Assembly: GCA_036339735.1 (NCBI GenBank)
Contig: JAYZAL010000077.1
Span: forward strand, 1-64,000
Direction of reading: 5' to 3'
DNA length: 64,000 nt
DNA from: Candidatus Poribacteria bacterium
GTDB taxonomy: Bacteria; Poribacteria; WGA-4E; UBA9662
The stretch's first letter is position 1; each line of letters opens with the position of its first letter. Under the pieces are notes generated by a model, which did not search any database, was not told the DNA's origin, and saw only the letters and a program-made list of their open reading frames with translations. A program made the position numbers and the translations under genes. Of this stretch, positions 46,359 to 56,043 are shown piece by piece.

Positions 46359-48590
46359 GTGCTAATCCATACGGACTTATCGGAAGCATTCAAAAGACCA
46401 GATCAGGTAAGGATTCTGGATTTAAAACATCAAGGTCTGACTGAAATTCCTATTGAGATTTTTCAACTCAGTAATCTGACTGAACTCCGTTTGGGATACA
46501 ACCAGATCAAGGTGATATCACCTGAAATTGGACAATTAACCAATCTAACTAGACTCCGTTTGGGAAACAATCAAGTTTCCGTGATTCCTGCTGAAATCGA
46601 GCAATTAACTAATTTGACCATACTTAGTTTGGTAAATAACCAAGTTAAGGTGGTTCCCAGTCAACTGTCTCAATTGACTAATTTGACTAAACTTCGTTTG
46701 TCAGGTAATCAAATCGAGGTCGTACCTGCTGCATTATCTCAACTAACCAAGTTAGAGATACTTGATTTGGCAGATAACCAGATCAAACTAATTCCTACTG
46801 AGATCGGACAATTGACTAGTCTGACTGAACTCAAATTGGCAGGCAATCAATTCCTAGTGGTTCCAACCGAAATCGGACAACTGACCAATCTAAAATTATT
46901 GGATTTGTCATTTAATTTAATTGACCGAATACCTATCCATATAGGAAATCTGTCCAATCTAATTTCTTTGAGTTTGAAGAGTAACCGGCTGACCAATTTG
47001 CCCAACCAGATCAATCGACTATCCAAATTACAGTACCTTAATTTATATCAAAACCGATTCGCACAATTCCCCGAAATAATCACCCACTTATCCAACTTAA
47101 AACAACTTCATTTGGACAATAATCAAATTTGGTTTCTTCCACCAAGTCTCAAAAATCTAGTTCAGTTGGAGCAATTATGGTTAGGTAGTAACTTTCTGCA
47201 AGAATTACCTAGTGAGTTAGGTCAGCTAAAATCTCTGACCCATTTACATCTCGGTAGAAACAGAATTTCACAATTACCAACAGCAATAGAAAATCTGAAG
47301 GATTTGGTTACACTCAACTTGAACAATAACCGTTTAACTGAAATCCCGACCCAGATTCTGGATTTACCACAACTAATAACCCTTGATCTGAGTAAAAATA
47401 GAAATAGTGGTATAGAATCAGATTTCGGTACATTACTGACCTATCAACAACGGATGATGCAAACGGCAGAACAGGCAGAAAAAATAAAGATCAAAGATCA
47501 GTTTCTATCTCAAATGAGCCATGAACTTAAAACTCCAATCCATGGTGTCATAGGTTCCATCAACTTAATCGATGAACTTAAACTGGACGGTCAACAACTG
47601 CAGCATCTTCAACGTGCCAAGACTTCTGCTCAATACCTATTAAACATGGTCAATGAAATTTTGCAGTTTGCTGAGTTAGAAAAAGGACAAATAACCTATC
47701 AAAAATTACCATTTAACTTGATTGAGATTTGTCAGCAAGTTTTAGAAATTGTTCTGCCTTTGTCTCAACAGAAAAATTTGGACCTGAATCTCAATTACCG
47801 ATCAACATTCCCGGTGGGATGGGTTGGGGATCAGCACAAGATCCGGCAAGTATTAATTAATCTCCTAGGCAATGCGATCAAGTTCACTCACCAGGGAGAA
47901 ATCAGTTTAGGACTACAACAAACCAGTCAGGGGGTTCGAATCGAAGTTGCTGATAGTGGGATTGGTATTGAGGAAGATCAGACCAAACTAATTTTTGAAC
48001 CCTTTACTCAGGGAAGTTCAGGAATCAATCGTCGGTTTAGTGGTACGGGGCTGGGTTTAACCATCAGTCAACAGTTTATAGTGGGCATGGAGGGAGAGAT
48101 AGGAGTAGAAAGTCAGACCGGACAAGGATCGATATTTTGGGTGGAACTGCCTCTACCGACGGTAAACCTGAAACCGGAAACAGAAGTCAAAGATGCAGAA
48201 CTAGACGACTACGTTAGAAAAATCGTGTTAGTGGTAGATGATGAAATAATCAACCGGGAAATAGTAAGTGCATATTTCCAGTGCTGGGGTTTCGAAGTCC
48301 ATCAGGCAGAAAACGGTCAGGATTGTCTTAACCAGTTTGAAATCAGCAAATATGATCTAATCATTATGGATTTACAGATGCCAGAACTAGATGGGTTTGA
48401 GACAACGGAACAAATTAGGCAACGGGAGAGAGAATCTACTCATCAGTGCATTCCGATACTAGGGTTATCGGCAAGTGTGATAGGTGATGTCTGGTCAAAG
48501 TGTGAATCGGTTGGGATGAGTGGATACTTGAGCAAACCATTTGAAACAGATGAATTAAAACAAAAAGTCAGACAATTACTAACTGATTAA
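46359..48590 (+). CDS. Leucine-rich-repeat hybrid sensor histidine kinase (LRR-HisKA-HATPase-REC)
   Basis: 14 full 23-aa LRRs plus a partial one, H-box 'SHELKTP', 'NLLGNAIKFT', 'DSGIGI', 'GTGLGL', receiver 'VVDD...MDLQMPELDG...SKPF'. Confidence 0.92.
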   Translation: MLIHTDLSEAFKRPDQVRILDLKHQGLTEIPIEIFQLSNLTELRLGYNQIKVISPEIGQLTNLTRLRLGNNQVSVIPAEIEQLTNLTILSLVNNQVKVVPSQLSQLTNLTKLRLSGNQIEVVPAALSQLTKLEILDLADNQIKLIPTEIGQLTSLTELKLAGNQFLVVPTEIGQLTNLKLLDLSFNLIDRIPIHIGNLSNLISLSLKSNRLTNLPNQINRLSKLQYLNLYQNRFAQFPEIITHLSNLKQLHLDNNQIWFLPPSLKNLVQLEQLWLGSNFLQELPSELGQLKSLTHLHLGRNRISQLPTAIENLKDLVTLNLNNNRLTEIPTQILDLPQLITLDLSKNRNSGIESDFGTLLTYQQRMMQTAEQAEKIKIKDQFLSQMSHELKTPIHGVIGSINLIDELKLDGQQLQHLQRAKTSAQYLLNMVNEILQFAELEKGQITYQKLPFNLIEICQQVLEIVLPLSQQKNLDLNLNYRSTFPVGWVGDQHKIRQVLINLLGNAIKFTHQGEISLGLQQTSQGVRIEVADSGIGIEEDQTKLIFEPFTQGSSGINRRFSGTGLGLTISQQFIVGMEGEIGVESQTGQGSIFWVELPLPTVNLKPETEVKDAELDDYVRKIVLVVDDEIINREIVSAYFQCWGFEVHQAENGQDCLNQFEISKYDLIIMDLQMPELDGFETTEQIRQRERESTHQCIPILGLSASVIGDVWSKCESVGMSGYLSKPFETDELKQKVRQLLTD

Positions 48591-48820
48591 TACTGGTCTG
48601 ATTTAGTGCACTAACACATTTTCCTTTTTCCTTCCAGAACAGTAAAATTACAAATGCTGCATCCCAGTAGCACCTGCAAGATTAATATCACAGTTACCCA
48701 ACCCTGCCTTATTTAGAATTCAATACTGACGACAGAATTTCAGACTAAGACTATTGGTACATCTGATGCTGTAATCTCATCTTTCTGTGCAATCATAGAT
48801 TTATAGTTAGAGAGGTAATA

Positions 48821-49195
48821 ATGCAAAAAACAGTAATTCTAGTCTTAAGTGTTTTGGTTCTATTGTTATTTCCTACCAATACACCCGCAAAAACCAAGAT
48901 GGTTGACGTAGTCCATCTCAAAAATGGTAATGTCATCAAAGGGGAGATTATGCAAATGACACCTAATGAGACTATCAAGATTGAGACTGCTGATGGCAGT
49001 ATCTTTGTCTACGAAATGAGTGAAGTTGAGAAAATGACCAAAGTTAGGAAACAGAAAACACAGAGAAAAGGATTTCAAAAGTATAGGATAAAGGAAATCA
49101 GAATGCAAAGAATGCAAAAATTCGAGAAAACTTTTGTTGCTGGAGTTGGTCTCGTTGTTATAGTGGTTCTTGCTATTATGAACTCAAATAAATGA
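48821..49195 (+). CDS. Hypothetical exported/membrane protein
   Basis: SD GAGGT, signal peptide, 'DVVHLKNGNVIKGEI...DGSIFVY..SEVEK', C-terminal TM. Confidence 0.75.
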   Translation: MQKTVILVLSVLVLLLFPTNTPAKTKMVDVVHLKNGNVIKGEIMQMTPNETIKIETADGSIFVYEMSEVEKMTKVRKQKTQRKGFQKYRIKEIRMQRMQKFEKTFVAGVGLVVIVVLAIMNSNK

Positions 49196-49397
49196 AGGGT
49201 TATAGGTTATTCTCATATGATGCTAATGTATCTGCCAAAAAGATAAATGAAAAACGACTTCAAAGATATCACACCCACGAACAGAGTAATGCTTCACCCT
49301 TAATTCGGTATCTTCCACATGCAGGTCTAATGGCATCTTACGGTATCATGTTTTAATTCTACTACTAAAGGTTGTGCTAACAACAGAAAGTCAAATA

Positions 49398-50347
49398 ATG
49401 AACATTCGTAATACAGTCTGGTTGATTGTTTTTATTGGTTTGGGGTGTTTGCTGTTTGCGGATGGAGCAAATGCAAATCCGTTTGATGCCTTGCGAAAAG
49501 TAAATAAAGATTTAAATGTAAAGATACATTACCGTCTGGGAAGGATTTATCAAACACAAGGCAAACTTGATGATGCCATTACTGAATTCCAAAAGGTTAT
49601 TGAGATAGATCCTAAGAATGCAGACGCATACGGTTATCTAGGAGGAGTTTTTCAAGAACAAGGTAAACTGGAAAAAGCAATCAAAAAACAGTCGAGATCG
49701 ATCCTAACAATCTGTCAGGGCATTGCTGTTTAGGTTCGGTTTATATAATACAAGGCAAACTTAATGATGCTATTACCTCCTACCAAAAGGCAATTGATCT
49801 TAATCCTAACCATTCAATCGCACATCATGATTTGGGATATATTTATCGTGTGCGAGGTAAATATGAACAGGTAACTGCTAAACTTCGACAGGTTATTGAT
49901 ATTCCCCCTGACGAAGAAAAGATATTGAATTTCGGAAGTGATTTGCGTCCGTTTGCATACATCAATCTAGGAGATATTTATAGACAACAGGGTAAAGTGG
50001 AAGAGGCACTGGCAAAATTCCAACAGGAAATGCAGGTTGAGATTGCCCTTAGTATCGCACCTACATGGGTGAACGAGTGCCAGGGAATGATTTACCTTAC
50101 ACAAGGCAAACTAAATGATGCTGGCACCGAATTCCGACAGGTAATTGAGCTCGACCCCAACAATACAATGGTACATTACAACCTTGCCTGTGTGTATTCC
50201 CTGAAAAATGAACTCAAACTGGCAGTAGAATCCCTGCAGAAAGCAATTAAGTTGGATAAAAGTTATATTGAGTTGTCTAAAAAAGACCCTGATTTAGACA
50301 ACATTCGACAAACACCAGAATTCCAGAAGTTAATCGATTCCTACTAA
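49398..50347 (+). pseudogene. Frameshifted secreted TPR protein
   Basis: The TPR register continues across a frame change near A6 49683-49688 (...QGKLEKAI / TVEIDPNNLSGHCCLG...QGKLNDAI...). Ends in 'HYNLACVYSL...DPDLDNIR'. Confidence 0.82.
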
Positions 50348-51034
50348 CTACTCTAGTTTCTTACTCTGTCGGAAAAAATCAGTGATCTGTGCACAATGGT
50401 ATGCTTTCCCTTTAGAGTTGGTATATCCCATCTTAAATAAAATGTTAGAGATCTCTTGGTTGGTATAAGCACCTGATTTGAGTTCTTTAACATGTTTTAT
50501 CAGTTCGGGTTTGGTTTCCAGTACCGATTTACGGCCACCGGCTTTACCCCGACCTTTCAAGTCAACAATACCTTTTTGCTGGTTTTGGGTTTTTCTCTGT
50601 AACTTAGCTAACTGGTTCCCTAGTTTTTCGTACTCAACCACCACCTCAAACAATTGGTCGTCATCAGGGGTAGAATGTTGGTAACTCAGACTATCAAAGG
50701 TTCCAGTAATCGAAACCAGTGGCATATTCAGTTTCTCCATCATTTTCATTATTAACCTCTGTTGGAACCGACTGGTTTGACCGATACTGAGAAAGAAGTT
50801 AGGTTCGACAATGATGCAATTAACTCCCCGTTCGACACCTTTAGTGAATGCCAACCGGTCCTCATATCTTCGAAATGCCCAATTCCCATCTCCTGGTCTC
50901 CAATCATAGAACCATTCACCTAGAACCTCGATTTGGTTCTGGTTAATGAAATGTTGGATAGGATCGGGGTTGTGATCGTCAGGGTTTCCTCGGACTAATA
51001 CTACTACTTTTTTACCTGTTATATCTTGGTTCAT
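50348..51034 (-). CDS. Degenerate serine-recombinase (resolvase)-like protein lacking the catalytic Ser
   Basis: Resolvase-like layout ('VVLVRGN' where YxRxS is expected, 'IIVE', 'LVSIT', 'EYEK..LAKL', 'GKAGGRKS') with an HTH tail 'ISNILFKMGYTNSKGKAY'. It parallels the pseudogene at 52878-53340. Confidence 0.65.
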   Translation of the reverse strand: MNQDITGKKVVVLVRGNPDDHNPDPIQHFINQNQIEVLGEWFYDWRPGDGNWAFRRYEDRLAFTKGVERGVNCIIVEPNFFLSIGQTSRFQQRLIMKMMEKLNMPLVSITGTFDSLSYQHSTPDDDQLFEVVVEYEKLGNQLAKLQRKTQNQQKGIVDLKGRGKAGGRKSVLETKPELIKHVKELKSGAYTNQEISNILFKMGYTNSKGKAYHCAQITDFFRQSKKLE

Positions 51035-51061
51035 ATTGTTTCATAATATTGCAGTACGTTA

Positions 51062-51388
51062 TCAGAAGCAACATCGGCATTCACCTTCCTTACCGTCAAT
51101 TATTGAAACTCCATCACAATAAGTTTTTTCACCCAACATAGAAGTCTTTACCCCAGTTTCATTATAAAACGAGATTTTGCAACCTTTATTATTATCAATA
51201 TGTATTTCACCTCTCTTTTTCCCATTTTCATCTTCGATTATGATTTCTCGACAGGTTATCTTTCCAAACTTCGTATCTATTGACCCCTTATCTGCATTAG
51301 CATCAGTAACCAAAACCGAGTTCAACACCATTCCAGAAATAACTAGTAATCCCCCGATAACCAGAAAGACTAAATCTCTAATTTTCAT
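51062..51388 (-). CDS. Hypothetical exported protein (paralog of 51622-52128)
   Basis: 'MKIRD...GGLLVISGMVLNS...FGKITCREIII'. Confidence 0.7.
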   Translation of the reverse strand: MKIRDLVFLVIGGLLVISGMVLNSVLVTDANADKGSIDTKFGKITCREIIIEDENGKKRGEIHIDNNKGCKISFYNETGVKTSMLGEKTYCDGVSIIDGKEGECRCCF

Positions 51389-51621
51389 TTCTTGCGTCTC
51401 ATTCCTTTTTACCAACTATGTATTGGTTCATATTATTTCCTACTTTCCACTTTTTTCGTTTTTTTATGAAAGTAACTGAAATAAATAACTCTATAGAAAA
51501 GGGTTGCTAAAACAGTAAAAATCATTCCAACTACAATTTCTATTCCGTGATTACTAAAAATTTCAGATGTTACTATTTGACCATATCCTTGGGCTAACCA
51601 CCGTTTTTGTTTATTGATACC

Positions 51622-52128
51622 TTAATTTTCTTTGATCAAATCCGTAGGAGGAATTACTGAATCCGAAGTGTCTTCATTATTTAGGATTCTTTCTATTACA
51701 CCACTACCATCAAGACCCACTGTCAGACTAATAGCATTTTCTCCTGTTTTGTTAATACAATCAATACCTCCACCATTTTCGTTTATATACATTCTTACTT
51801 TTCTTTTATCAGTTTTAGGTTTTGAGTCGAGAACAAGCAGCATTTCATTGTTTTCTCCCTGATTGCTACCTAAATATACAACTTGTTGACTTAGGTCATC
51901 ACCAAACATTGTCAGCATACTACTATTCCCACTTTCATCTAATCCAAAATATGCTTTTCTCTCATTTTCACCTTGAATTATAATTGCCTTACAAGTAATG
52001 ACCCCGAAGTTCGCATCCTCTAAACCCACTTGTGCAACAGCATTAGTAACCAAAGAGTTTAAAACTATCCCTAGAACTACCAACACAGCACCAAATGACA
52101 TATATAAAATCTTGTCTCTAAGTTTCAT
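51622..52128 (-). CDS. Hypothetical exported protein (paralog of 51062-51388)
   Basis: SD AAGGAG; 'MKLRD...GAVLVVLGIVLNS...FGVITCKAIII'. Confidence 0.75.
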   Translation of the reverse strand: MKLRDKILYMSFGAVLVVLGIVLNSLVTNAVAQVGLEDANFGVITCKAIIIQGENERKAYFGLDESGNSSMLTMFGDDLSQQVVYLGSNQGENNEMLLVLDSKPKTDKRKVRMYINENGGGIDCINKTGENAISLTVGLDGSGVIERILNNEDTSDSVIPPTDLIKEN

Positions 52129-52189
52129 TTCTAACTCCTTATTGTTTCAACATATCACCGATCGAGGGTGTATTGTTTGATTCTAACTT

Positions 52190-52640
52190 TTCTACATGTA
52201 TTTACTCTGATAACTAACAACATTAGCCTTGCTGGAAGTTACTTGACCTGTATCCGCATCAAATCCGGGTAGAAAACCTGTTACTGTCTAACGTTCTTTT
52301 TTGTCTACTCGCAGTATCAGTGCACCAGTAGTTCCAATGCCCACCTTCTCACGAGAAATATCGGTAAACATTCGATTGATACCATCATAAATCGGTTCTG
52401 ATCTCCTTCTTTGACCATCTTCACCACAATAATAAATTAGAACAAAATACATTAGTCTTACTGATGTTCCTTTATAATATTCCCGACCTTCTTCTATTAA
52501 GATAATCTTACCGTTTATATATTTCTTTTCACCTTTGGAAAGCAACTTTTTGTTCAAAAGGGATAACAAACGACCCCAAATTAACTTTAAACCCAAATAA
52601 AGGAACAATTAATTGTTTTACGACTTCAAATAATCTCATC
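52190..52640 (-). pseudogene. Probable pseudogene of unknown function
   Basis: SD GGAGGG then MRLFEVVKQL... ends at TGA. The overlapping 52288-52608 frame continues past its TAG as TVTGFLPGFDADTG..., suggesting a frameshift plus a nonsense mutation. Confidence 0.45.
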
Positions 52641-52657
52641 AACCCTCCATAGACATT

Positions 52658-52908
52658 ATTGCTTCACCATATCACTAATCGATTGTTTGTTGCTGAGTTG
52701 TTTCTTCTTCAGCATTGTCCCAGAATTTTCTCTTCACCACGAGAAACATTATTGAACCAATAAATGAAATAACAAATATTATCAAACAGATTCGGATAAG
52801 TCTCTTGCGTTTCTCTTTTCTGATAAAACCAAAAAACAGTAGAATCAGACAAATCAGAAGAGGAATTATCAGTTTTATCATTGTTTCACCATATCACTGA
52901 TCGATTGT
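52658..52908. repeat. 29-bp imperfect direct repeat pair (27/29 identical)
   Basis: ATTGCTTCACCATATCACTAATCGATTGT (52658-52686) and ATTGTTTCACCATATCACTGATCGATTGT (52880-52908). Confidence 0.9.
52675..52881 (-). CDS. Small two-TM membrane protein
   Basis: 68 aa, two hydrophobic segments separated by 'RKEKRKR'; ATGA overlap with the recombinase remnant. Confidence 0.6.
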   Translation of the reverse strand: MIKLIIPLLICLILLFFGFIRKEKRKRLIRICLIIFVISFIGSIMFLVVKRKFWDNAEEETTQQQTID

Positions 52909-53340
52909 GTACTATATGGGTTGCCACGTTCGTTGAGGTAACCCATATCTGATAAATGTTTGGAGGTCTGACGCAAACTCATCCGTCTTTTGGTTTTCCA
53001 GTTCCGTTTTCGTAACCTCTTGACCACAACCTCACTAATTCTGGTTGCAGTTCCTTGTTCAATTTCCGACCTTCGCATTTACCCTCATCTTTCAGGGTAA
53101 CATGGTTGCGTGTTGATTCTGTTTCTTCTTTCTTTCCCTACTTGACCGACAAGTTAAAAACAATTTCTTCTCTCTGGTATTCTGAAATGGCAGACAGGAT
53201 TTGCCGGTTCCGTTAAGAGGTCTGATTATCTTCAAACCTACCATCAGTTACTGAAATCAGAGTAAAACCATCTTGTTTTAACCTTCGATATCCAAGTTCT
53301 AACTCAAATGAATTAGGACTTAACCGAGAAATGCTTTCAA
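52878..53340 (-). pseudogene. Serine recombinase pseudogene
   Basis: Fragments 'ESISRLS...ELGYRRLKQDGFTLISV', 'RQILSAISEYQREEIV', 'GKCEGRK', 'MSLRQTSKHLSDMGYLNERGNPY' are separated by frameshifts and stops. The N-terminal catalytic part is missing. Confidence 0.8.
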
Positions 53341-53681
53341 AACGCAGTATAAGCCCAATATACAATTGAGTTATTACGTAGATTACGTAGTGTTTTTAAA
53401 TTGCACATGTAGAAAATATGTAGAAAGTAGAGAAGAGATGATTTTGAATGAAGTTTAAGACACTATTGCAGACACGGTAAGAATAAGTTAGTATTAGCAT
53501 ACCGATGTAAAAAACCAGACAGTTACTGGAAAAAATACATCAAAAAAGGTTCGGTGTAAAGTCGTATTCTTCTAGAAAAAACTCTTGCTCAACTAACGAG
53601 ACTTGGGTAGAGTCTGATTTGGTTGGATGAGTTGAGAACTACACTAATAATTAATTATCAATTCGATATGAGGGTAGACGA

Positions 53682-53912
53682 ATGAATCTAAGGATCGAAT
53701 ACTGTACAGCTTGAAATTATTTGCCACGCGCCGTCAGTTTGGCGGACAAATTACTTGGCCATTATAAAACACAAATAGCTTCTCTTACACTGGTTCCTGG
53801 GGGTGGTGGTTGCTTTGAGGTTTCACGTGATAGTGAAATTTTATACTCGAAACTTTCTACCAAGGAATTCCCCAGCCTGACTCAAATTACCGACGCTCTT
53901 GGTAGTTCTTAG
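53682..53912 (+). CDS. Rdx (SelW/SelT/SelH-like) selenoprotein with CxxU motif
   Basis: SD GAGGG; ATG 53682 gives MNLRIEYCTA[TGA 53712-53714]NYLPRAVSLA...LVPGGGGCFEV...LYSK...FP, in frame with the 53721 ORF. 76 aa. Confidence 0.93.
53719..53751 (+). promoter_or_regulatory. Candidate SECIS hairpin of the Rdx selenoprotein
   Basis: Lower stem ATTTG/CAAAT and upper stem CGCC/GGCG around GTCAGTTT, directly 3' of the TGA. Confidence 0.55.
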
Positions 53913-53932
53913 TTTGTCTTTTGACAAACTTC

Positions 53933-55105
53933 CTATTCGAATGCGGCAGGTTCAACTACCTGTCGCATATCCCAGATTAGGATCTGTCCATTGGTTGTTC
54001 CAGTCGCCAAATAAAACAAATCATCTTGCTGACTAAATCTGAGAGAAAATGAACAGTAGAGGTCGAACAAGCCTAATTTTCGTGTAGATCCAAATCGTCG
54101 AAACGTTTTTTCTTCCATCGACCAGACGTAAATCTTGTCTGAAGTCTGACACAAGAAAAAAGCTTTGTTCGGGCCAAAAGACAGATTCCCACCTCGGCTA
54201 GAAACTTGGTTTTTAATTGGTGATACTTTTGATAAATCCCAACTTAATATGGATTGCTCTGCTCCAGAAGCGATCAGATAATTATCCGCTAATGATATTG
54301 AACCAATCTTCTCTTGGCCAGCCAATAACGTTTTCTCTAATTGTCCATTAGCTAAGCTCCAAAATCGGACAGTACCATCCCAAGAACCAGAGACCAACTG
54401 CTCTCCATTTTGAAAAAAATCTAGTGCGGTTACATTATCGGTATGCCCTCGAAAAGTATAGACTAATTTTCCCGTAATAATGTTCCAAAGAAAGATATTT
54501 CCATTTAGGGTAGCAATAGCTAGTAAAATAGGTTGATTAGGACAGAAAGCGAGAGTGGTTACCCACTCTCCCCGAGGTGAAGTTGTAAAAAAATCATCTT
54601 CATCATCCTCAAAATCTGTCTCTTTGTCGTCCGTCGATGGTTCAAAAGCAACTAAAGTACGTTCTATAATCCCGCTCTGTGGGTCTAAAATTTGAACTTG
54701 GCCATTGTAAGTACCATAAGCTACAGCTGCAGAATCAGGGCTCGCTACGACGGCAGTTATTAAATCTTCATTATTATCTTGAGTTGACCAACTAACTGTC
54801 CATTCCGAATTATTTATGGAGCCAGGTGGTAGAGGGTTATCTATATCATTTTGGCTAACATTTCCTTCTTCCCAAAGACTAATTTGGTACCCCGTTGCAA
54901 TTAACAAATAAGCGCAGTCGTGTGAAAATGCTAAATCCGTTATCGGTGTACCGCTCGGAATATTCAAAATTTGTACGGGATCAGATGGAAGTTGGGGGAA
55001 ATTAGTTTCAGCAACCACTCTCGTGGGTAAATAGCTGATAGCAAGATAAACCATTACATAATAGAATAAATTCAACAGCTGAAGACACTTAGTTTTTTCC
55101 GTCAT
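53933..55105 (-). CDS. WD40-repeat protein
   Basis: 'GHTDNVTALDFFQNGEQLVSGSWDGTVRFW' and several degenerate WD repeats; N-terminal hydrophobic segment. Confidence 0.85.
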   Translation of the reverse strand: MTEKTKCLQLLNLFYYVMVYLAISYLPTRVVAETNFPQLPSDPVQILNIPSGTPITDLAFSHDCAYLLIATGYQISLWEEGNVSQNDIDNPLPPGSINNSEWTVSWSTQDNNEDLITAVVASPDSAAVAYGTYNGQVQILDPQSGIIERTLVAFEPSTDDKETDFEDDEDDFFTTSPRGEWVTTLAFCPNQPILLAIATLNGNIFLWNIITGKLVYTFRGHTDNVTALDFFQNGEQLVSGSWDGTVRFWSLANGQLEKTLLAGQEKIGSISLADNYLIASGAEQSILSWDLSKVSPIKNQVSSRGGNLSFGPNKAFFLCQTSDKIYVWSMEEKTFRRFGSTRKLGLFDLYCSFSLRFSQQDDLFYLATGTTNGQILIWDMRQVVEPAAFE

Positions 55106-55967
55106 TGACTTTTTTTGATGTCTGTTCGGCTACAATAATTCGGATACGATATTCGTTAGCCAATTGAACCAGTTCTGATGGTCGAATTAGCAAGACGCGT
55201 TTGGCTTCAACAGCCAACACCTTTGCTCCTGATGTTTTCATGATTTCTAATGTTTGTCGTCCAATAGTTGGAGTATCTATCCGAAAATCGTGGTTTGTGG
55301 CCGCAGTTTTGATTACTGTGAATCCCTTACCTGCTAAATTACCAGCCCGAATAATAGCAGAGTCTGTTCCTTCGATTGCTTCAACAGCTAATACCATCCT
55401 ATTTTTTATTACTACTGTTTGACCGATATCTAAATCAGCTATTGACCGAGCAAGGGACAAACCATAGGTAATATCTAACCATTCTAATTGAGTCGGTTGT
55501 CTTTTTGTCAAAACACCAGCTGTTGGCAAAAAATCATCTAGATATTGTATTTGAGGTAGTACTCGAATACCTTCTGCTTCAAAATGATTGAGAACACTAG
55601 CCAAAATTGCTTGATCTCCACCGTGCCGGCTGCGAGCGAGAATTTTCAAAGCTGTCGTATCAAAGTGTAGTGGTTTCAATAATCTTTTTTTTTCTACTTT
55701 GCCGATAATTGAAATTTCTTTTACATTTCGCTTTTGAAATGTTTTTGTGACTTTTTCGACTTGACCTACTCCAAGAGGGAAAACAGAGATTGTTGTAGGC
55801 AACCTCTGTTGTGCTAAGCGCGCTGAAGATTTAGTGATGGGAATGAACACAACGGGTCGTTCTGGAAAGTGTTTGAGTACTGATTCAACCAATAAAAAAG
55901 GGAGTTCACCATCCCCAGCAACAATACCGAAAGGACTATTCGTTGGTTGATGGCATTGAGTGGCCAT
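55089..55967 (-). CDS. lpxI: UDP-2,3-diacylglucosamine pyrophosphatase LpxI
   Basis: 'GIVAGDGELP', 'DIGQTVV', 'AVEAIEGTD..I.R', 'D.R.DTPTIG..T'; downstream of lpxA. Confidence 0.92.
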   Translation of the reverse strand: MATQCHQPTNSPFGIVAGDGELPFLLVESVLKHFPERPVVFIPITKSSARLAQQRLPTTISVFPLGVGQVEKVTKTFQKRNVKEISIIGKVEKKRLLKPLHFDTTALKILARSRHGGDQAILASVLNHFEAEGIRVLPQIQYLDDFLPTAGVLTKRQPTQLEWLDITYGLSLARSIADLDIGQTVVIKNRMVLAVEAIEGTDSAIIRAGNLAGKGFTVIKTAATNHDFRIDTPTIGRQTLEIMKTSGAKVLAVEAKRVLLIRPSELVQLANEYRIRIIVAEQTSKKVNDGKN

Positions 55968-56043
55968 GGCAGCTAACTGTCCAGAATCAACCCGATTTCT
56001 TACACAAAACTTTCACTGTTCTGACAAACAATTAAAAACAAAA

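Larger units (their letters stand above)
44495..53480. mobile_element. Decayed genomic island (approximate boundaries)
   Basis: Bounded by a tyrosine-integrase pseudogene (left) and a serine-recombinase pseudogene (right). Contains frameshifted genes, ORFans and visibly AT-rich spacers. No att direct repeat was identified. Confidence 0.65.

Noticed and set aside
46420-47400. 69-bp periodic DNA repeats as a CRISPR or other non-coding array
   Set aside because: They are degenerate in-frame LRR codons with no identical repeats or unique spacers.
49683-49688. Phase variation or programmed frameshift at the A6 run in the TPR gene
   Set aside because: The TPR register lacks several residues at this point, which indicates a small deletion rather than single-base slippage.
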